Assembly: GCA_905478995.1 (NCBI GenBank)
Contig: CAJQKT010000028.1
Coordinates: 11,152-75,151 of the forward strand
Reading direction: 5' to 3'
Length of the DNA stretch: 64,000 bases
Source: an uncultured Pseudomonadales bacterium
GTDB lineage: Bacteria; Pseudomonadota; Gammaproteobacteria; Pseudomonadales; UBA7434
Position 1 is the stretch's first letter. Each line of letters opens with the position of its first letter. Shown in pieces: positions 12,026-24,309 of the stretch. The notes under the pieces are model-generated. The model did no database searches. It saw only the letters and a program-made list of their open reading frames with translations, and had not been told where the DNA came from. The translations under genes and the position numbers were made by a program.

Positions 12026-12889
12026 ATGGCAAGCGGAAAAGAGATACGCACGCAGATTTCCAGCATTAAAAGCACGCAGAAGATTACCAGTGCTATGGAA
12101 ATGGTTGCGGCTAGCAAAATGCGCAGAGCTCAAGAGCGTATGCAGCGCGGTAAGCCCTATGCGAACAAAATCAAGTCCGTTATTGGGCATATTGCCAATG
12201 CAAACTCTGAATACCAGCACATGTTTATGGAGCAGCGTGAAGTAAAGCGCGTAGGTTTTATTATTGTTTCGACCGACCGCGGTTTATGTGGCGGTCTCAA
12301 TATAAACTTGTTTAAAAAAGCCATTGTCAGCATGAAGCAATGGCAAGATCAAAATATAGAAGTTGATCTTTGTTTGCTTGGCGCCAAAGGTGCCGGTTTC
12401 TTCAACAGCTTTGGCGGTAACGTCGTTGCTGCAGCGCGTGATCTCGGTGAAGAGCCTGTGCTGGTTGACTTAATTGGCGGCATCAAAACGATGTTAAGCG
12501 CCTATGAAGATCAGAAAATCGATCAATTATTTTTAGTTAGCAATGAATTTGTTAACACAATGACACAGCAGCCAGACGTTGAGCAGTTGTTGCCAATCAA
12601 GCCAGCAAGTCGAACCGACCAACAGCATCATTGGGACTATATTTATGAGCCCGATGCCAAGGCTTTATTAGAGGGGTTGTTTGTTCGTTATGTTGAGTCT
12701 TTAGTTTATCAAGCGGTTGTTGAAAATGGCGCCTGTGAACAGGCTGCTCGTATGATTGCTATGAAAAGCGCGACGGATAATGCAGGCGATCTTATTGATG
12801 ACTTGCAACTCGTTTACAACAAAGCACGGCAGTCAGCAATTACCCAAGAGCTTTCAGAGATTGTTAGTGGTGCCGCAGCTATTAGCTAG
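12026..12889 (+). CDS. atpG: F0F1 ATP synthase subunit gamma
   Basis: N-terminal '[30 protein letters not shown]' and C-terminal '[14 protein letters not shown]' are typical of gamma. Confidence 0.95.
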   Translation: MASGKEIRTQISSIKSTQKITSAMEMVAASKMRRAQERMQRGKPYANKIKSVIGHIANANSEYQHMFMEQREVKRVGFIIVSTDRGLCGGLNINLFKKAIVSMKQWQDQNIEVDLCLLGAKGAGFFNSFGGNVVAAARDLGEEPVLVDLIGGIKTMLSAYEDQKIDQLFLVSNEFVNTMTQQPDVEQLLPIKPASRTDQQHHWDYIYEPDAKALLEGLFVRYVESLVYQAVVENGACEQAARMIAMKSATDNAGDLIDDLQLVYNKARQSAITQELSEIVSGAAAIS

Positions 12890-12988
12890 GTGTCATTATT
12901 AATTAATTTTTTACGGGCGGCTATTAAGCTTTATTGCTAACGGCGCAAAGAATTTATTCCGACTTCACAGAATATCTTACAGAATTAA

Positions 12989-14398
<1,410 letters not shown>

Positions 14399-14452
14399 GT
14401 CGTTAAATTTAGGTTTTTGCATCATCTATACAAGAGTAACGAGTAAGTATCT

Positions 14453-14872
14453 ATGCCTACTATGCAATGCGAAATAGTCAGCGCTGAGGAGCAGATCTTC
14501 AGCGGCGCCATTGAGACAGTGATCGCTACTGGTCTACTGGGTGACCTTGGTGTGTCGCACGGGCATGCACCTTTGCTAACAGGTTTAAAGCCTGGACCTG
14601 TTAGAGTCATCACCGAAGATGATGAAGCAATCTATTATGTATCGGGCGGCTTTCTTGAGGTGCAACCTGACGTCATTACTATTCTTGCTGATACTGCTAT
14701 TCGAGCTGATGATCTTGATGAGGCCGCAGCACTGGAAGCTCAAAAAGTAGCCGAACAGGCAGTTTCGAATCAAAATTCAGAACTTGACTACACCCGGGCA
14801 GCGGCGGACTTAGCTGCGGCAGTGGCGCAACTTCGTACGATCCAACAAATACGCTCAAAATTGGGTAAATAG
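14453..14872 (+). CDS. atpC: F0F1 ATP synthase subunit epsilon
   Basis: 139 aa. N-terminal beta-sandwich 'CEIVSAEEQIFSG' followed by a C-terminal helical hairpin. Last gene of the operon. Confidence 0.92.
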   Translation: MPTMQCEIVSAEEQIFSGAIETVIATGLLGDLGVSHGHAPLLTGLKPGPVRVITEDDEAIYYVSGGFLEVQPDVITILADTAIRADDLDEAAALEAQKVAEQAVSNQNSELDYTRAAADLAAAVAQLRTIQQIRSKLGK

Positions 14873-14904
14873 CTGTATTTAAGCGGGTTTATTGGTTTCA
14901 AAAA

Positions 14905-14928
14905 GGGTGGCATCTGCTACCCTTTTTT
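14905..14928 (+). terminator. Rho-independent terminator of the atp operon
   Basis: GGGTGGC / GCTACCC stem (one G-U pair), 4-nt loop, then a T6 run. Lies 33 nt after the atpC stop. Confidence 0.65.
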
Positions 14929-15016
14929 AATGGGCGCTATAAAGTGGTTAGGTTTCTACGCTGCGCTTAGCTGAATATCTTATACCCCGATCATACTGAG
15001 CCGCAGGTTATAAAAA

Positions 15017-16402
15017 ATGACAAGTTCTCCAAGCGATGTTGCTAAGATTGACGTGGTGGTGCTTGCCGCCGGCAAGGGCACTCGTATGTATTCAACTAAA
15101 CCTAAGGTGCTGCATACCATTGGCGGTAAGCCGATGGCCCAACACGTTATTGATGCGGCTAAACGGCTGGGTGACGTGGCACTGCATGTGGTGGTGGGCC
15201 ATCAGGCCGATTTAGTTAGCAGTTCACTTCAGTGCGCCGAGAGTTTTGTCGAGCAGCGCGAGCAGTTGGGCACCGGGCATGCGGTTGCACAAGTTTTGCC
15301 GATTCTGCGAGAGGATGCCATTACACTGATTCTCTATGGCGATGTGCCTCTGATTCAAACCCAAACACTGGAGCGCTTAGTTGCCGGTTGTACGGCGCAG
15401 AGCATGACCCTGCTAACCGTAACCCTCGATAATCCACAGGGCTATGGGCGTATTTGTCGCAATACCGACAATGAAGTGACTTCTATAGTCGAGCAAAAAG
15501 ATGCTGACCCCGAACAGCTACTCATCAACGAAGTCAATACAGGCATTATGTGCATCCAGCAATCGTGCTTAGCGGCTTGGCTGCCTTTACTTTCTAATAG
15601 CAACGCACAAAATGAATATTATCTTACCGACGTGGTAGCTATGGCAGTGGCTCAGGGTATTGGAGTGACAAGTGTTGATGCCCCTAGCCCTGAAGAGGTT
15701 GAAGGTGTGAACAATAAGCTTCAACTTGGCGCATTAGAGCGGTGTTATCAGCGCCGCCTGGCCGACGCCTTAATGCTGGCCGGTACCACTCTAGCTGATC
15801 CAGCACGTGTCGATATTCGCGGCGAACTCAGCGTTGGGCAGGACGTTTTCATTGACGTCAACACGGTGTTTTCAGGCAACGTTACGCTGGGCGACAATGT
15901 CAGTATTGGGTCAAATTGTGTGGTTAGCAATAGCAGCATTGGCGACAATACAGAACTGTTGGCTAATTGTGTTGTTGATCAAGCGACACTTGCTAATGAC
16001 TGTATTATTGGGCCGTTCGCTCGATTAAGACCTGGCTCAACGTTTGCACAAAAATCTAAGGTGGGAAATTTCGTAGAGGTTAAAAATTCTAGTTTTGGAG
16101 AGGGCAGTAAAGCAAATCATCTAGCGTATGTTGGCGATGCGCAAGTGGGTGCTGGCTCAAATATTGGCGCCGGCACCATCACATGTAATTATGATGGCGC
16201 CAACAAGCATAAAACTCGATTAGGAAAAAATGTTTTTATTGGTTCAAACAGCACATTAGTGGCACCGTTAGATATAGCGGATAACGGCTTTGTGGCAGCA
16301 GGCTCTACAATTGTTAAAACAGTTTTAGCTGATTCGTTAGCCGTGGCGCGTGGTCGGCAAAAAAATATAGAAGGCTGGACTCGGCCAAGTAAAAAAAGTT
16401 AG
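15017..16402 (+). CDS. glmU: Bifunctional GlcNAc-1-P uridyltransferase / GlcN-1-P acetyltransferase GlmU
   Basis: 'LAAGKGTRM' nucleotidyltransferase motif and C-terminal hexapeptide-repeat beta-helix. Followed by glmS. Confidence 0.95.
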   Translation: MTSSPSDVAKIDVVVLAAGKGTRMYSTKPKVLHTIGGKPMAQHVIDAAKRLGDVALHVVVGHQADLVSSSLQCAESFVEQREQLGTGHAVAQVLPILREDAITLILYGDVPLIQTQTLERLVAGCTAQSMTLLTVTLDNPQGYGRICRNTDNEVTSIVEQKDADPEQLLINEVNTGIMCIQQSCLAAWLPLLSNSNAQNEYYLTDVVAMAVAQGIGVTSVDAPSPEEVEGVNNKLQLGALERCYQRRLADALMLAGTTLADPARVDIRGELSVGQDVFIDVNTVFSGNVTLGDNVSIGSNCVVSNSSIGDNTELLANCVVDQATLANDCIIGPFARLRPGSTFAQKSKVGNFVEVKNSSFGEGSKANHLAYVGDAQVGAGSNIGAGTITCNYDGANKHKTRLGKNVFIGSNSTLVAPLDIADNGFVAAGSTIVKTVLADSLAVARGRQKNIEGWTRPSKKS

Positions 16403-16459
16403 ATATACGGCAAGCAATCTTTAGTAACTAATATTAATTGTTAAGGTATAGGATCATCT

Positions 16460-18292
16460 ATGTGCGGAATAGTAGGAGCGGTAGCTCAGCGTGATGTGGT
16501 TGAGATATTGGTAGAGGGCTTGAAGCGATTAGAGTATCGCGGCTATGATTCTGCCGGAGTATCGGTCACGGCAAGTGCCGGAAAAACCAGTCGTATTCGC
16601 TGTGTTGGTAAAGTTCAGTCGTTGATGGATGAGGTGGCTAAACAAGGTGTCCTAGGCGGCACTGGTATTGCACACACTCGCTGGGCTACCCATGGTGAAC
16701 CTAATCAAGAGAATGCTCACCCCCATACCTCGAATGACCGTATTACCATCGTTCATAACGGCATTATTGAAAATCACGTAGCGCTGCGTAAGGCGCTTAT
16801 TCAGCGCGGTTATACTTTCACCTCAGCCACCGACAGCGAGGTCATTTGCCACCTCGTGCACGAACAGTTAGCTCTCAACGATAGCTTATTGCAAGCAGTT
16901 CGCGCCGCGGTAGCTCAGCTCGACGGTGCTTACGGCACGGTCGTTATGGATAACCAAGATCCAGATCGGCTGATCGTGGCTCGCTCAGGTAGCCCGTTAG
17001 TGATTGGCTATGGTGTTGGCGAGCATTTTGTTGCATCAGATCAGCTAGCTTTATTGCCAGTAACCCGCCGATTTTCGTTTCTTGAAGAGGGTGATGTTGC
17101 AGAAATTACTCGCAAAGCCGTGCATGTTTATGATGTGCAGGGCAACAAGGTTGAGCGAGAAATTACTGAGTCACAGGTTACGCATGATGCCGGCGACAAA
17201 GGTAAGTTTCGACATTACATGCTTAAAGAGATATACGAGCAGCCGGTTGCTATACAAAATACGCTTGACGGTCGGATCGCTAATGGGAAAGTACTCGATG
17301 CGGCATTTGGTGAGAACGCAGCTAAACTTTTACCTAAAGTTGAGCACGTACAAATTATTGCCTGTGGTACCAGCTATCATGCCGGAATGGTCAGCCGCTA
17401 CTGGTTTGAAGAATTAGCGGACGTTTCATGTAACGTGGAGATTGCTTCAGAATACCGCTATAGAAAATCGTTTGTTAGGCCTAATAGCCTTCTAGTTACT
17501 ATCTCTCAATCAGGCGAAACAGCCGACACGCTGGCAGCTTTACGGCTGGCCAAAGAACAGGGCTATATGGCTAGCCTCACTATCTGTAATGTGCCTGGAA
17601 GTTCGTTGGTACGCGAATCAGAGATGGCTTATATGATGCAGGCTGGTGTTGAAATTGGCGTGGCTTCTACAAAAGCGTTTACAGTACAGTTAGCCGGTTT
17701 GTTAATGTTAGCCGCAGCGGTAGGCCATCATAAAGGTTTGAATTCGGTGAGTGAGGCGGCAATCGTTAGTGCTTTACAAAGCTTGCCCGCAAAAATCGAC
17801 CAAACGTTAGGTATGGATTCAGCGATTGAAACATTGGCCGAAGATTTTGCGGACAAACATCACAGCTTGTTTTTAGGGCGCGGCGATCAATACCCCATTG
17901 CTATGGAGGGAGCGCTGAAACTCAAAGAAATCTCGTATATTCACGCCGAGGCTTATGCAGCAGGGGAGCTTAAGCACGGGCCGTTGGCATTAATTGACGC
18001 CGATATGCCGGTCATTGTAGTGGCGCCTAATAATGAATTGGTTGAGAAGCTTAAATCTAATGTTGAGGAAGTCCGTGCGCGCGGCGGATTGATGTATGTG
18101 TTTGCCGACAAAGATGCGGCATTCGTTTCAGATACTGCAATGAAGGTGTTGCATGTGCCGGCTTGCGATCCGTTAATAGCGCCAATTATTTATACTGTTC
18201 CATTGCAGCTGCTTTCTTATCATGTGGCAATGATCAAAGGTACCGATGTTGATCAGCCGCGCAACTTGGCTAAGTCGGTTACTGTTGAGTAA
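16460..18292 (+). CDS. glmS: Glutamine-fructose-6-phosphate aminotransferase GlmS
   Basis: N-terminal 'MCGIVG' (catalytic Cys2), two SIS domains, C-terminal 'AKSVTVE'. Confidence 0.97.
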   Translation: MCGIVGAVAQRDVVEILVEGLKRLEYRGYDSAGVSVTASAGKTSRIRCVGKVQSLMDEVAKQGVLGGTGIAHTRWATHGEPNQENAHPHTSNDRITIVHNGIIENHVALRKALIQRGYTFTSATDSEVICHLVHEQLALNDSLLQAVRAAVAQLDGAYGTVVMDNQDPDRLIVARSGSPLVIGYGVGEHFVASDQLALLPVTRRFSFLEEGDVAEITRKAVHVYDVQGNKVEREITESQVTHDAGDKGKFRHYMLKEIYEQPVAIQNTLDGRIANGKVLDAAFGENAAKLLPKVEHVQIIACGTSYHAGMVSRYWFEELADVSCNVEIASEYRYRKSFVRPNSLLVTISQSGETADTLAALRLAKEQGYMASLTICNVPGSSLVRESEMAYMMQAGVEIGVASTKAFTVQLAGLLMLAAAVGHHKGLNSVSEAAIVSALQSLPAKIDQTLGMDSAIETLAEDFADKHHSLFLGRGDQYPIAMEGALKLKEISYIHAEAYAAGELKHGPLALIDADMPVIVVAPNNELVEKLKSNVEEVRARGGLMYVFADKDAAFVSDTAMKVLHVPACDPLIAPIIYTVPLQLLSYHVAMIKGTDVDQPRNLAKSVTVE

Positions 18293-18322
18293 CACACAGC
18301 CGTGAGTTAAAAGGAGAATGTT

Positions 18323-18442
18323 ATGGAAGGTTTAGCGGTGGTGGGGTTTGTGTTTGGGTTGATAGCGTTTGTGAGGGTAGAGAAGCTTATTAAGACATTA
18401 AAAGAAAAAGAAATACTCGAAACGAACTACAAAAAAGAGTAA
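18323..18442 (+). CDS. Candidate small membrane protein (39 aa), not in the ORF track
   Basis: ATG preceded by AAGGAG at a 6-nt spacing. Translation is MEGLAVVGFVFGLIAFVRVEKLIKTLKEKEILETNYKKE: one hydrophobic helix plus a charged tail. No homolog recognised. Confidence 0.4.
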   Translation: MEGLAVVGFVFGLIAFVRVEKLIKTLKEKEILETNYKKE

Positions 18443-18593
18443 TGCAGAGCTGTAACTTTCTCAGTCATAGATACCTATAGCTCTAGGAGGGTATTTTAGA
18501 AAGTTTTTGAATTTATGAGTAGCTGGCTAAATCTGCAAATGCAATGAAAGGCTAGTGCCTAAATAGTCAGTGTATGGAGGGATAACCGCTCAA

Positions 18594-19967
18594 CTAAGCG
18601 AGCGCCAACTCATCCTCTTCTTCGGCCACTACCGTTCGCTTGCGTGTTTTTCCCGGTATACCAATATGTAGCAATGTGGTTATTTCAGCTCTAGGCAAGG
18701 CTTCACTAAGATAAAAACCCTGGATTGAATCGCAGCCTAGTTCTTGCAGTAGTTCAACATGTTCTACCTTCTCAACGCCCTCAGCAATAACGCGCATATC
18801 GAGCGCGTGTGCCACATCAATAATAGCTTTGGTAATGGCCACATCAACGCTGCTTCCTATTAGACCTTTAATAAACATTTGATCTATTTTTAAAATATCG
18901 ACGGGTAGATTTTTTAATAACTTGAAGGTTGAATAGCCCGTGCCAAAATCGTCAATAGCAATTTCAATACCCATAGCTCGCAAGCCGGCCAATGTGTCTG
19001 AGGTTTTGTCGAGCGTATCAATTAATAGCGATTCGGTCAGTTCAATCACTAGTTGTTGCGGAGGAAAACCGGTGCGCTTAAGAATACGCTTGATAACCAC
19101 CAACATATCGTTACGAATAAGCTGTTTAGCCGATAGGTTAACGGCTATCTTGGCGTTGGGCACGCCGTCTTCTATCCAGCGGGCACCATGACGACAGGCT
19201 GTCTCTAATACCATTTCGCCAATACTTGAAATTAAACCCGCACTCTCGGCAATAGGAATAAATTCTGCCGGCGGTATCATACCCAGCTCATCATGCTCCC
19301 AGCGAACCAACGCCTCGAGTGCATTGATTTGGCCGGTAGCTAAATCCATTTTCGGTTGGTAGTGAACAGTAAGGTCTTTACGGGCAATGGCATGTCGTAA
19401 TTCAATTTCTATATTGAGGCGGCGCAGTAATGCGCCATTAGAATGCCCGCGAGTAAAAAATTTAATACCGTCGCCGCCAATTTCTTTAGCACCATGTAAT
19501 GCAGTGAGTGCTTGGTGCAACAAAATTTGTTCGTTATCGGCCTTGCTGGGGTATACGCTAACCCCCATACTTGCGGTGGCGACTAACTCTTGGTCGTCGA
19601 TGTATGCTGGCTTGCGAATCACGTTGAGCAGCCGGTTGCCTAGTTGGCGCAGCTGAGATGAATTGCTAACATTTTCGGCGAGTACCGCAAACTCATCAGA
19701 GCCCACATGTACCAATACATGATCGCCATTCAGAGCATGTGCAAGGCGTTCATGAATAACGTCGACTAACTGCTGGCCGACTTCAGGGCCAAGTGTTGTG
19801 GTAATGGTGTTGAAGCGATCGAGGTCTATAAATAGCAGCGCCAGAGCTTGTTTGCGCAGCCTAGCTTTTGCAACTGCCAACTGTAAGCGCTGTCGAATAT
19901 CAACGCGGCCCGCTAGCAACGAGGCGTTTTCAAAGACTGAAGCGTTTATCAGGGATCTTGCACTCAA
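18594..19967 (-). CDS. Cytoplasmic degenerate-GGDEF / EAL protein (probable c-di-GMP phosphodiesterase)
   Basis: GGDEF-domain core with a degenerate 'GSDEF'. EAL domain has 'EALVRW', 'DDFGTGYS', 'KIDQMF' and 'EGVE'. No TM or sensor domain upstream. Confidence 0.85.
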   Translation of the reverse strand: MSARSLINASVFENASLLAGRVDIRQRLQLAVAKARLRKQALALLFIDLDRFNTITTTLGPEVGQQLVDVIHERLAHALNGDHVLVHVGSDEFAVLAENVSNSSQLRQLGNRLLNVIRKPAYIDDQELVATASMGVSVYPSKADNEQILLHQALTALHGAKEIGGDGIKFFTRGHSNGALLRRLNIEIELRHAIARKDLTVHYQPKMDLATGQINALEALVRWEHDELGMIPPAEFIPIAESAGLISSIGEMVLETACRHGARWIEDGVPNAKIAVNLSAKQLIRNDMLVVIKRILKRTGFPPQQLVIELTESLLIDTLDKTSDTLAGLRAMGIEIAIDDFGTGYSTFKLLKNLPVDILKIDQMFIKGLIGSSVDVAITKAIIDVAHALDMRVIAEGVEKVEHVELLQELGCDSIQGFYLSEALPRAEITTLLHIGIPGKTRKRTVVAEEEDELALA

Positions 19968-20320
19968 GCGGTGGCGCCTCTTTAATAATATTACTAGGCT
20001 GGTTGGTTTTTATTGGCTATTGTCTATGCTTTAGCCAAGGCTATAAGACGAGCTTGCATTAAACCCAAGGGAGGCATGCTTGCGCAAGGAAAAACTCCAA
20101 TAAAAACAACAATTACCAACATTCTCTTAAAAAAGTTTGCAAGTTCGCTGGTCGTTCATTAATCTATCTCATGTAGGTCGATTCAAGAAATATCACGCTC
20201 CGTACCCAAGCGTTGGTGGTTATACCAACCCTATCGAAATCGGCTTTAATCGATAAATACCGCTGGCCCCCGTGCTTTAGACCTTATTCATTAGCCCATA
20301 TATTTGCGAAAAGTTAATCA

Positions 20321-22474
20321 ATGGACGTATCAACTATATTAGATCCGCTCAATACCGCGCAGCGTGAAGCCGTTACCAACGACAGTCGAAGTTTGTTAGT
20401 ACTTGCTGGCGCGGGAAGCGGCAAGACAAGGGCATTAGTGCACCGTATAGCCTGGCTTTTACAGGTGCAAAATGTGCCCGCTTCGGGTGTTTTGGCAGTG
20501 ACGTTTACTAACAAAGCCGCCAAGGAAATGCGTGCACGGATAGGCGAATTACTACAGATGTCGCCTCAAGGGATGTGGGTGGGCACGTTTCATGGCATTG
20601 CTCATCGTCTGTTAAAAAGCCATTGGCAAGATGCAGGCCTACCCCAAAATTTTCAAATTATTGATAGCGACGACCAGCTGCGCATGGTGAAGCGTTTGCT
20701 CAAAGAACATCAGCTTGATGAAACTCGTTGGTCACCTAAGTCTATCCAGTGGTATATCAACGGACATAAAGATGAAGGACGGCGAGCAGCGCATGTTGAC
20801 CATCACAATGACCCTCATGAGAAAGTGCTGCAAAAAATGTACGCCGCTTATGAGCAGGCATGTGAGCGAGCCGGCCAGGTTGACTTTGGCGAGTTGCTTC
20901 TGCGCTCGCACGAATTATGGTTAAAGCATCCGGTGTTGTTGCAGCACTACCAGCAGCGCTTTGCTCATATTTTGGTCGACGAATTTCAGGATACTAACGC
21001 TATCCAATATGCATGGCTCCGAGTTTTAGCGGGTGATCATTGCGCTATTACCGCAGTGGGTGATGACGATCAATCAATCTATGGTTGGCGTGGTGCTCGC
21101 ATTGAAAATATTCAAAGCTTTGAAACCGATTTTGGTAATGCGCAAACGATTAAGCTCGAGCAAAACTATCGCTCGACCTCTACGATCCTTGATTCGGCCA
21201 ATGCGGTCATCGCCAATAACAGCGGTCGCCTCGGTAAAAGTCTGTGGACCGAAGGTGATGTTGGCGAGCCCTTATCACTTTATGCTGGATACAACGAACA
21301 AGACGAAGCGCGTTTTGTGGTAGAGCGTATTGAAGAGCACTATCGAGACAACACACTGTATGCCGAGCAGGCGATTTTGTACCGCTCCAATGCTCAGTCG
21401 AGGGTGCTTGAAGAAGAGCTTATTCGTGCAGGGATTCCTTACCGAATTTATGGGGGGCAACGATTTTATGACCGACTGGAAATTAAGAACGCCGTTGCCT
21501 ACATGCGACTTGCTCAGTATCGCCAAGATGATGCGGCTTTTGAGCGGGTCATTAACACACCAACTCGTGGCATTGGTGGCGTCACGGTTGAGACAGTCAG
21601 GAAGCGTGCCCGCCTCGACAACAGCGCTTTGTGGGATGCGGCATCCGCGCTTGTAAGTGATCAGTCACTTACCCAAAGGGCATCAAAATCACTGCAAAGA
21701 TTTATAGACTTAGTCGATGACCTCGGTGCGGCAGTCAGTACGATGGGGCTTGCCGACCTTGCAGACCTGGTGCTTGAAGCGACCGATTTGATGGCGTTTC
21801 ATGGCAAAGAGGCGGGCGAAAAAGGTCGTGCGCGCGTTGAAAACTTGCAGGAACTGATTAACGCTACACGCCAATTCGAACCTGAAGAGGAGGCCACGGC
21901 ACTGCGAGAATTTTTGGATACGGCGGCCCTAGATGCTGGTGATCAGCAAGCTGATGCGCATGCTGATGCAGTCCAGCTGATGACGCTACACTCCGCCAAA
22001 GGTCTTGAGTTTCCTACCGTGTTTTTGGTGGGCGTTGAAGAAAACTTGTTTCCTCATAAGATGTCGGCAGAAGACCCCGATCAACTGCAAGAAGAGCGTC
22101 GCCTGTGTTACGTAGGCATTACTCGAGCGATGAAAAAACTTTATTTGAGCTATGCCGAATCACGGCGCTGGTATGGCCAAGAAACGTTCAATGCCGTCTC
22201 GCGCTTTGTGCGAGAAATACCGACGCATTGTATTGAGGAGGTTCGCATCAATGCCAGTGTTAGTCGGCCGTTGAATATTTCTAATGGGTTACAATTGGGC
22301 CAAAATGATAGTGGCCTGCAGCTTGGGCAGCGAGTCATGCATTCTGTTTTTGGTGAAGGGGTTGTGCTCAATCTTGAGGGGCAGGGCTCTAATTCGCGGG
22401 TGCAAGTTAATTTTGATGATGAAGGTAGCAAGTGGTTGGTCGCTGCCTATGCAAACCTTGAAGCTATGGGCTGA
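20321..22474 (+). CDS. uvrD: DNA helicase II UvrD
   Basis: Collinear with E. coli UvrD from 'MDVS..LD.LN..QREAV' through 'KWLVAAYA.LE'. Walker A 'GAGSGKT'. 717 aa. Confidence 0.93.
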   Translation: MDVSTILDPLNTAQREAVTNDSRSLLVLAGAGSGKTRALVHRIAWLLQVQNVPASGVLAVTFTNKAAKEMRARIGELLQMSPQGMWVGTFHGIAHRLLKSHWQDAGLPQNFQIIDSDDQLRMVKRLLKEHQLDETRWSPKSIQWYINGHKDEGRRAAHVDHHNDPHEKVLQKMYAAYEQACERAGQVDFGELLLRSHELWLKHPVLLQHYQQRFAHILVDEFQDTNAIQYAWLRVLAGDHCAITAVGDDDQSIYGWRGARIENIQSFETDFGNAQTIKLEQNYRSTSTILDSANAVIANNSGRLGKSLWTEGDVGEPLSLYAGYNEQDEARFVVERIEEHYRDNTLYAEQAILYRSNAQSRVLEEELIRAGIPYRIYGGQRFYDRLEIKNAVAYMRLAQYRQDDAAFERVINTPTRGIGGVTVETVRKRARLDNSALWDAASALVSDQSLTQRASKSLQRFIDLVDDLGAAVSTMGLADLADLVLEATDLMAFHGKEAGEKGRARVENLQELINATRQFEPEEEATALREFLDTAALDAGDQQADAHADAVQLMTLHSAKGLEFPTVFLVGVEENLFPHKMSAEDPDQLQEERRLCYVGITRAMKKLYLSYAESRRWYGQETFNAVSRFVREIPTHCIEEVRINASVSRPLNISNGLQLGQNDSGLQLGQRVMHSVFGEGVVLNLEGQGSNSRVQVNFDDEGSKWLVAAYANLEAMG

Positions 22475-22539
22475 TCTTGGGAAAGGCACTTAGCATTTTA
22501 TTGGGCTGCTCTTGGCTTAATTCATTTAGCGGAAAAAAT

Positions 22540-23652
22540 ATGTTTACTGTAAAAAGACTTTCAATCATTTTGTTTGCTTCATTACTCTTGGCTTGCGGCG
22601 ATGATGGCGTCAGCGAGAGCGAGTCATCGATCGCGGTGACTAAAAAAGCCGTAGTTAATTGGAAGTTGGTGACCACTTGGCCAAAGAATTTTCCAGGTCT
22701 TGGTACCGCTCCTGAAAACTTTGCCAAGTTAGTAGATCGGATGAGCAATGGGCGCTTAAAAATAAAAGTCTACGGTGCCGGAGAAGTCGTGCCGGCTCTC
22801 GAGACTTTCAGTGCAGTGTCGAGCGGTACTGTACAAATGGGACATGGCGCCGCATATTATTGGAAGGGTAAGGCACCGGCTGCGGTATTTTTTACAGCGG
22901 TGCCCTTTGGCCTTAACGCGCAAGAAATGAATGGCTGGCTACATTATGGTGGCGGCCTTGAATTATGGCGTGAGGTTTACGCGCCTTTCAATCTACTGCC
23001 ATTTGCAGGAGGCAGCACGGGTGTACAAATGGCGGGTTGGTTTAATCGAGAGATCAACTCGCTGGATGATTTTAAAGGCCTGAAAATGCGTATTCCGGGT
23101 CTTGGCGGTGAAGTATTTACCCGCGCTGGGGGTACGTCAGTCAGCATGCCTGGAGGGGAAATTTTCACTTCATTACAAACGGGTGTCATTGATGCTGCTG
23201 AGTGGGTTGCACCCTATAACGATCTAGCTTTTGGCTTTCATAATGTTGTGAAGTACTATTATTATCCTGGCTGGCATGAGCCGGGCGCTATGTTGGAGTT
23301 TATTGTGAACCAACAGGCCTACAATGCTTTGCCTGATGATTTACAAGCTATTGTTGAGGGCGCAACGCGAGCCATTAATCAAGATATGCTCGATGAATAT
23401 ACCGCACGCAACAATGCAGCGCTGGTCGACTTACGCCAAAAAGGTGTGCAGATTAAGCCGTTGCCCGATGATGTAGTACAAGCACTACGGTCTATATCAG
23501 CTGAGGTTATTCAAGAAAACGTCGAGCGAGACGCTATGTTTAGCAAGGTGTTCGACTCTTTTGATAGTTTCCGCAAGAATGTTGTCGACTATCACAAAAT
23601 TAGCGAGGAAGCTTACTATAAAATTCGAGAGGGTGATTCGCTTATAGATTAA
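22540..23652 (+). CDS. TRAP transporter substrate-binding protein (DctP family), lipoprotein-type signal
   Basis: The internal ATG at 22540 gives the signal peptide 'MFTVKRLSIILFASLLLACG'. The body ('GHGAAYYWKG', 'MAGWFNREI') resembles the TRAP solute receptor family. The track ORF start at 22477 abuts the uvrD stop and is probably too long. Confidence 0.8.
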   Translation: MFTVKRLSIILFASLLLACGDDGVSESESSIAVTKKAVVNWKLVTTWPKNFPGLGTAPENFAKLVDRMSNGRLKIKVYGAGEVVPALETFSAVSSGTVQMGHGAAYYWKGKAPAAVFFTAVPFGLNAQEMNGWLHYGGGLELWREVYAPFNLLPFAGGSTGVQMAGWFNREINSLDDFKGLKMRIPGLGGEVFTRAGGTSVSMPGGEIFTSLQTGVIDAAEWVAPYNDLAFGFHNVVKYYYYPGWHEPGAMLEFIVNQQAYNALPDDLQAIVEGATRAINQDMLDEYTARNNAALVDLRQKGVQIKPLPDDVVQALRSISAEVIQENVERDAMFSKVFDSFDSFRKNVVDYHKISEEAYYKIREGDSLID

Positions 23653-23785
23653 CTCGCCAAATTGCTCCGCTGTTGTGCTTCAGCAGACGCTGTTCTTAGA
23701 CGTTGTATAGTTTTATATAATAATTAAAAAATGAGTTACGCTTGCGCCTATGCTAGGCCTTAATTAAGCAGTGATTAGTAAGGTA

Positions 23786-24178
23786 CTAGGCAATTTTGCG
23801 TGTGCGCCCACGCTCATCAATGGCAACAAAAGCAAAGACGCCTTCGGTAACCTTTTTTTGTTCGCCATGTAACATTGGCGAATCGATCCATACTTCAACA
23901 AACACTTCGATAGAGCTGCGCCCAATATTGACTACTTCGGTATAAAAGCTTACCAGTGCGCCTACTTTAACAGGCACCAAAAAGTTCATATTTCCCGCGG
24001 CTACCGTGGCCACCCGACCTTGAGCTACTTTGCGGGCGGTAACACCGCAGGCAAGATCCATCTGAGACATCAACCAGCCGGCATAAATGTCGCCTAGTGG
24101 ATTTGTATCAGTAATGTTTGCTAACACCTGTAAAATAAGTGCCCCAGTAGGCTGAGGGGTCTTATCGATTTCATTCAT
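23786..24178 (-). CDS. Hotdog-fold acyl-CoA thioesterase (YciA-like)
   Basis: 130 aa with an 'GDIYAGWLMSQMDLA...A' pattern and the length typical of YciA/Acot-type thioesterases. Lies downstream of dctQM on the same strand. Confidence 0.65.
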   Translation of the reverse strand: MNEIDKTPQPTGALILQVLANITDTNPLGDIYAGWLMSQMDLACGVTARKVAQGRVATVAAGNMNFLVPVKVGALVSFYTEVVNIGRSSIEVFVEVWIDSPMLHGEQKKVTEGVFAFVAIDERGRTRKIA

Positions 24179-24309
24179 TGCGCTGACCTAAAGGTGAAAG
24201 ATACTTAGTATATTCGGTTTTGGTTTATGTGACCGATTAAATTACGGTTTATTGGCAGTAACTGCTATCACGGCCAATTTATCGGAAACTCATTATGTAC
24301 ATGCAGCTC

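Noticed and set aside
20076-20162. 28-codon ORF (MLAQGKTPIKTTITNILLKKFASSLVVH) in the EAL-uvrD intergenic region, next to a GGGAGG.
   Set aside because: The SD-like GGAGG ends only 1 nt before the ATG, which is too close for initiation. There is no other support.
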